From Bacilli bacterium (GTDB lineage Bacteria > Bacillota_I > Bacilli_A > RFN20 > CAG-826): a DNA stretch of 64,000 bases. The notes under the pieces are model-generated. The model ran no database searches, had not been told where the DNA came from, and saw nothing but the letters and a program-made list of their open reading frames with translations. Below are positions 59,336 to 64,000 of the stretch, piece after piece (position 1 is the stretch's first letter; every line of letters begins with the position of its first letter). The position numbers and the translations under genes were made by a program. The DNA is taken from positions 368,934-432,933 of the forward strand of contig JAZLKX010000025.1 in the NCBI GenBank assembly GCA_045597865.1, read 5' to 3'.

Positions 59336-61078
59336 CTAGTACTTCTTAATCATGGTTAAGATGTTTTTGCCATCTTTATATTCATAATAGACTTTATCCA
59401 TTAAGTTCTTTACCATGAAGATACCTAAACCACCAATTTGACGTTCTTCAGCTTTTTGTTTAGTGTTTGGATCTTCTTTTGCAAGAGGATCGAATTTAAC
59501 ACCGTTATCACTAAAGACGAGTGTTAAGACGTCATTTTCGTAGTTTACGTCAACTGTACAATAGCCTTTTCCTTCGTATGCGTATGAAGCAATATTAATA
59601 AATACTTCTTCTGAAACAATCAAAAGTTGATTTTTGTCTTTTGCTTCTAAATTACCTTTGATTGAAGAAAGAATAAAGTTTTGTACATTTTCTAAGTTAT
59701 CAGCTTTAGCTTCGAATTTCTTAGAGAATACGCTTTGAGCTTTACGGTATTCAACCATTAACATAGTTATATCGTCGAATTGTTCAGCATTACGAGAGAA
59801 TTCTCTAATGCCATTGCGAATCTTAGTAATTGTTTCATATGGAGATGCATCAAGATTTGAAACCATTTCAAGAAGTCTATCCTCACCATAAAGTTCACTT
59901 CTAACGTTATGAGCTTCGGTTACACCATCAGTGTAAAGGAACAACTTATCGCCTTTATTAAGCTTTGTTTTGGCTTCTTTATATTCGAAATCTTTGAAAC
60001 CACCTAGTACTAAACCTGGTTTTGCAGATAAATATGAGAACTTACCATTGCTCTTAATAATTGGTGGGTTATGACCAGCATTTGTAAATCTAAGTTCACC
60101 ACTTTCCTTGTCTAAGATACCAAGCCAACATGTAACAAACATATTTAACTCATTGCCTTCACAAAGACCAGCGTTTGCTTCATTAATCATTTTAGCTGTG
60201 TCATATTTGCTGTCTTTTGCTAGTGCTCTAATAAGAGATTGGGCCTTCATCATATAAAGTGAGGAAGGAATTCCTTTGCCAGAAGCGTCTCCAATAACGA
60301 TTGCTAAATGGTCATCATCGATTTCAAAGAAATCGTAGAAATCACCACCAATTTCTTTTGCAGGATCCATAATTGCATAAACTTCACCGTATTTTGAATC
60401 TGGGAATTCTTTTGGAAGACATGCGCTTTGGATTGCAGAAGCAATTGATAATTCAGATGTAACTTTTTGATTGCGTTTAACCTCGTTAACTTCTTCACCA
60501 AGAATAACATCTGCACGTTTTGCCAAACCATTTGCGATTTGAGCAATAACAACGATTGCGAGGACTCTTGGAAGAATATTGAAAACGAATAATGCTGCCC
60601 ACTTATTGTCACCAAACATCTTATAAATGTCAGGATCGTAAAGATCTAATAAAAGAGCAACAATTGGTGCAACAATCATTAATGCCAAAGTTACATAAAA
60701 AACGATTCTTGTTGTCTTTGGCTTAAAGTAAAGTGTTGAAGCAACAACACAGGCTGCAAAGAAGATGCCTTCTTGTGGAACTAAAAATCCAAGAACACCA
60801 ATTGAGACAACAAAGGAAATAAGTATAAAATACTTAAACCAATGTTGAGATGATAGTTTTGTTTTTAATAAACATGCTGGTAAAGCAAGCGCAACTATCA
60901 AAATTGGGAATGAAATGCGCATTAGTAAATTAATACTATCGCTATACAAGAAAGCAGGAACTTTACATACATTTAAAATCAAAGTAACAAGCATGAAAAC
61001 AGCTAATACAAGCGAAGTAAATGCTAGCGAGATATTAGCTTTTTTCTCGTTTTGAAGATAAATGTCTTTTTCGTTCAT
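59336..61078 (-). CDS. Membrane-bound SpoIIE/RsbU-type PP2C phosphatase fused to an anti-sigma (HATPase_c_2) kinase domain
   Basis: About 6 TM; GGDFYD, GDASGKG, NAGHNPP, YTDGVTEA, DDIT; EEVFINIASYAY, DNG..FDP, GGLGIF. Confidence 0.9.
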   Translation of the reverse strand: MNEKDIYLQNEKKANISLAFTSLVLAVFMLVTLILNVCKVPAFLYSDSINLLMRISFPILIVALALPACLLKTKLSSQHWFKYFILISFVVSIGVLGFLVPQEGIFFAACVVASTLYFKPKTTRIVFYVTLALMIVAPIVALLLDLYDPDIYKMFGDNKWAALFVFNILPRVLAIVVIAQIANGLAKRADVILGEEVNEVKRNQKVTSELSIASAIQSACLPKEFPDSKYGEVYAIMDPAKEIGGDFYDFFEIDDDHLAIVIGDASGKGIPSSLYMMKAQSLIRALAKDSKYDTAKMINEANAGLCEGNELNMFVTCWLGILDKESGELRFTNAGHNPPIIKSNGKFSYLSAKPGLVLGGFKDFEYKEAKTKLNKGDKLFLYTDGVTEAHNVRSELYGEDRLLEMVSNLDASPYETITKIRNGIREFSRNAEQFDDITMLMVEYRKAQSVFSKKFEAKADNLENVQNFILSSIKGNLEAKDKNQLLIVSEEVFINIASYAYEGKGYCTVDVNYENDVLTLVFSDNGVKFDPLAKEDPNTKQKAEERQIGGLGIFMVKNLMDKVYYEYKDGKNILTMIKKY

Positions 61079-61081
61079 TTT

Positions 61082-61381
61082 TTATCTGACCTTAAGGAAG
61101 CTTAAGAATCCTGTCATTTCAAGAACGTTTTTGACATCGCCTGAAACATTTTCAAGAATGAATTCGCCGCCTTTTGAAGACATGGCTTTATGAATTGAGA
61201 GTAAAACTCTCAAACCGGCTGATGAAATGTATTCAACTTTTGAGAAGTCGAAAACCATTTTTTCAACCTTAGCGACATCGCCGCTAACAACCTTTTCAAG
61301 TTCTGGTGCTGTAGTAGCATCAATGTGTCCGGAAATAGCAAGGTTTAAAACTTTTCCGTTAATTTCTTTTGTTGTTTCCAT
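61082..61381 (-). CDS. STAS-domain anti-sigma-factor antagonist
   Basis: GHIDATTA, DFSKVEYISSAGLRVL, MTGF. Confidence 0.9.
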   Translation of the reverse strand: METTKEINGKVLNLAISGHIDATTAPELEKVVSGDVAKVEKMVFDFSKVEYISSAGLRVLLSIHKAMSSKGGEFILENVSGDVKNVLEMTGFLSFLKVR

Positions 61382-61501
61382 ATTATTTACAACTCCATTT
61401 ATAATGAAATTTTATCACTTTATTTAATAATGTGATAGAAAATTATTAAAAAAGAGAGTAATTCTACGTATTGTATAAGGACATTCTTATCTTGAAACAA
61501 C

Positions 61502-61534
61502 AAAAAAGATGCACCTTGCGATGCATCTATTTTT
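61502..61534 (-). terminator. Terminator downstream of the tRNA pair
   Basis: AGATGCA-N8-TGCATCT flanked by A/T tracts. Confidence 0.7.
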
Positions 61535-61540
61535 GTTAAA

Positions 61541-61616
61541 TGGTGGTCCAGGCCGGGGATGATCCGGCGACACGTGGATTTTCAGTCCACTGCTCTACCA
61601 ACTGAGCTACCGGACC
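61541..61616 (-). tRNA. tRNA-Phe (GAA)
   Basis: GGTCCGGTAGCTCAGTTGGTAGAGCAGTGGACTGAAAATCCACGTGTCGCCGGATCATCCCCGGCCTGGACCACCA; 76 nt, full cloverleaf, encoded CCA. Confidence 0.93.
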
Positions 61617-61620
61617 ACAA

Positions 61621-61696
61621 TGGCGGAACATACGAGAGTCGAACTCGTCTCGCCTCCGTGACAGGGAGGCATCATAAACCGATAGACCAATGTTCC
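61621..61696 (-). tRNA. tRNA-Asp (GTC)
   Basis: GGAACATTGGTCTATCGGTTTATGATGCCTCCCTGTCACGGAGGCGAGACGAGTTCGACTCTCGTATGTTCCGCCA; 76 nt, encoded CCA. Confidence 0.93.
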
Positions 61697-61767
61697 AACG
61701 CTTAAATATTATCCTAAAACTCGATTAAAAAATCAAGGATAATTTTAAGCTGAAATATTAATTTAAA

Positions 61768-62307
61768 TTAATAATTCTTTTCGCGCAATTCGAAGTATGA
61801 TTGTGGATGAGCACAAACTGGGCAAAGTTTTGGTGCACATTTACCAACATGAATGTGTCCACAGTTACGGCATTTCCAAATGACAACATCTTCTGCAATA
61901 AATACTTTATTGCCTTTAACGTTTTCAAGAAGTTTGCGATATCTTTCTTCGTGTTCTTTTTCAATCTTTGCAACGCCTTCAAATTTGCATGCAATTTCTA
62001 AGAAACCTTCTTTACGAGCAACTTCAGCGAATTCCTTGTACATTTCTGTCCATTCATAATTTTCGCCATTTGCTGCTGCTTCAAGGTTTTCAATTGTTGA
62101 TTTTACTTCACCGCCTTCAAGGTATTTAAACCATAATTTGGCGTGTTCTTTTTCGTTGTCTGCTGTTTCAGTGAAAATAGCAGCGATTTGTTCATAGCCT
62201 TCTTTCTTGGCTTTGCTTGCGAAATAAGTATACTTATTTCTAGCTTGCGACTCACCTGCAAAAGCTGCAGCTAAGTTCTTTTCTGTTTGTGATCCTTTTA
62301 AATCCAT
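61768..62307 (-). CDS. rbr: Rubrerythrin
   Basis: [36 protein letters not shown]...CPVCAHP. Confidence 0.95.
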   Translation of the reverse strand: MDLKGSQTEKNLAAAFAGESQARNKYTYFASKAKKEGYEQIAAIFTETADNEKEHAKLWFKYLEGGEVKSTIENLEAAANGENYEWTEMYKEFAEVARKEGFLEIACKFEGVAKIEKEHEERYRKLLENVKGNKVFIAEDVVIWKCRNCGHIHVGKCAPKLCPVCAHPQSYFELREKNY

Positions 62308-62826
62308 CTATTTATCCTCCTTTTCGATAGGTTTAACATCAACTGTTTTAACATCCTTCTTGGATGGAATGCAAACTAAAATAATACCGATAATACCAGT
62401 TACAATAAATAATGCGCCAATAACAAAAATAATCCAATCAGCACCTTCGTGATAACCAATTAAAAAACCACCAAGTACTGCACTTAAAACTGAAGATACC
62501 ACACTACGTGCGTCTTCATTTTGAACTGCACTAATAAAGCCCAAAATACCAGAAAGTAACATCATTACACCAAAAATGATAAATGGTACGTTTGGCCATA
62601 CCCATGCGGCAATTACAATAAAAATTCCTAAGGCTGCAAGAATTAATCCTGCAATAATATTTTTAGAAAAGCATGATAAAACACCACCAAAAATAATAAA
62701 GGCCCCTATTATAGTGAATAAAACTTGAAATAATGAGATACCTAAACAACAGAATAAAACACCAGTAACAATGGCGCTGGCAAGAACTGCTAACTTAGTT
62801 TTCTTCGAAATTGGCTTAATTTCCAT
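62308..62826 (-). CDS. Membrane protein (DUF308/HdeD-like)
   Basis: Six short Gly-rich TM helices in a repeated pattern. Confidence 0.55.
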   Translation of the reverse strand: MEIKPISKKTKLAVLASAIVTGVLFCCLGISLFQVLFTIIGAFIIFGGVLSCFSKNIIAGLILAALGIFIVIAAWVWPNVPFIIFGVMMLLSGILGFISAVQNEDARSVVSSVLSAVLGGFLIGYHEGADWIIFVIGALFIVTGIIGIILVCIPSKKDVKTVDVKPIEKEDK

Positions 62827-62839
62827 AACTTATATCCTT

Positions 62840-63496
62840 TTATTGTTTTGCCTTGCCAAATGTAATTTCAGCAAGCGCTAATTGACCTGAATTCATAATA
62901 TCTACACGTTTGGAATGCCCAGATACAACAAATGTATCAACACTTGACCAAACAAACATCCAGGAAATGATTAATGTTAATTCATTAACAACATCAATTT
63001 GTTTAAATGTTGAATCTGCAAATGCGTATGCAATTGTAAAATGCAAAGCAAGCATTAATAATCCGATTGTTGCAAGAATAAAACCGAAAATCATGCTTTT
63101 ATGATGTTCATAACGTATGTCTTCGTATTGCAAATGATAATGACGTGTAACACATTTTTTAATCTTATCTTTAAGATCTTCAGAATATTTACCACCATCA
63201 TCAAAATTAATAACAACTGGAATTTCTGCTCTAAGATAGAAAACTTGTTGGTCTATATAGTCGTAAATATCAGGATCCATACGTTTATCGTAAGAGAAAA
63301 CTGAGAATGGAGTGTCTATTTTAGTTAAATCAACATTAACGTATGCTTTTCCATCATCTTTAATGAGTGAGTCTTCATAACGTAATGAATAACGATACTT
63401 TTTAGAGTACAAATCGTTTAAGTTATGGTTAAAACTCTTAACTTGTTCTCTAACTTCTTTTCTTTTATTTCTACGTTCTTTGCTAAAAATACCCAT
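62840..63496 (-). CDS. Hypothetical membrane protein (2 C-terminal TM)
   Basis: ELTLIISWMFVW motif; operonic spacing. Confidence 0.6.
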   Translation of the reverse strand: MGIFSKERRNKRKEVREQVKSFNHNLNDLYSKKYRYSLRYEDSLIKDDGKAYVNVDLTKIDTPFSVFSYDKRMDPDIYDYIDQQVFYLRAEIPVVINFDDGGKYSEDLKDKIKKCVTRHYHLQYEDIRYEHHKSMIFGFILATIGLLMLALHFTIAYAFADSTFKQIDVVNELTLIISWMFVWSSVDTFVVSGHSKRVDIMNSGQLALAEITFGKAKQ

Positions 63497-63498
63497 AC

Positions 63499-63999
63499 TT
63501 ATTCCCTTTCTATGAACTTAATATCAGAGCTGAAAGGTAGCCATGTTGCAAATAAAAGCAAAATTGCTCCACATGTAGATGCAATCGCAGATACAGTAGG
63601 CCCAGCACCATTTCTTAAAACAGATGATTCACCAAAATTATTGACAGATAAGAACAATTCTTTTGTAAGTAAAACACACAAAACACAAAGTAAAAGTATA
63701 ACGGCTAATACAGTATTAATAGCTTTTAAATTTCTAGACCATGACTTTTTAAATGATTCAACAATCAAAACAATTGCTATAACTAATGGTATAACGAATC
63801 CGAACACAGGAATAATTGTGCCATGATAAACCGTTACATCTTTAGTACTTTCTCCTAAATAAGCATTAACTTTGTAGTTTATCCATGTGTGATTAATAGA
63901 ATCGTATATTTCTAGCGAGTTTGCAAAAAGGGCAATAAATGCAATAATTGCGAACAATGCCGCTAAATATATAATAATATTTCTCACATATTGTCTCAT
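63499..63999 (-). CDS. Hypothetical membrane protein (4 TM)
   Basis: Four hydrophobic helices; start lies at the window edge. Confidence 0.55.
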   Translation of the reverse strand: MRQYVRNIIIYLAALFAIIAFIALFANSLEIYDSINHTWINYKVNAYLGESTKDVTVYHGTIIPVFGFVIPLVIAIVLIVESFKKSWSRNLKAINTVLAVILLLCVLCVLLTKELFLSVNNFGESSVLRNGAGPTVSAIASTCGAILLLFATWLPFSSDIKFIERE

Positions 64000-64000
64000 G

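Noticed and set aside
1047-63826. Numerous 60-140-aa ORFs nested in or antisense to long genes
   Set aside because: Shadow ORFs with no RBS or recognisable motifs, fully overlapping well-supported CDSs
1-64000. Genetic code 4 (Mycoplasma-like)
   Set aside because: TGA acts as a stop in ATGA overlaps (1233, 11401, 25185) and long ORFs are intact under code 11

Overview
AT-rich bacterial chromosome segment read with genetic code 11 (TGA is a stop in ATGA overlaps). Gene content suggests an anaerobic, gut/rumen-type low-GC Firmicute (Bacilli-like); this taxonomy is inference. Nearly all genes are on the minus strand. 1-52.2 kb is a large glycan-utilisation region: CE4 deacetylase (partial), SGNH esterases, three related clan GH-A-like hydrolases, a sugar ABC transporter, an AraC regulator, GH78- and GH106-like rhamnosidases, an MsmX-type ATPase and fucO. 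It contains a block of large secreted proteins built from an unrecognised ~125-aa 'WNNxDY' repeat domain. Three of these end in a KKGCG[G/S]S + TM + basic tail, and they are interleaved with secreted Cys-dependent phosphatases and a double metallophosphoesterase. At 19.3-23.9 kb is a cassette of two AAA+/DUF4143 ATPase-nucleases and an AlbA_2/HATPase protein. Each of the three genes has its own helically phased direct-repeat array overlapping its predicted promoter. 52.2-64 kb holds an MBL-fold hydrolase, a trimeric [FeFe]-hydrogenase operon, a Gly/Thr-rich lipoprotein, a PP2C/anti-sigma/STAS module, tRNA-Asp, tRNA-Phe (non-canonical T-loop), rubrerythrin and membrane proteins. The best candidates for undescribed systems are the WNN-domain / GCG-tail surface phosphatase-glycanase apparatus and the repeat-array-linked AAA+/DUF4143 cassette. 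All family calls come from motif recognition by eye; no database search was run.
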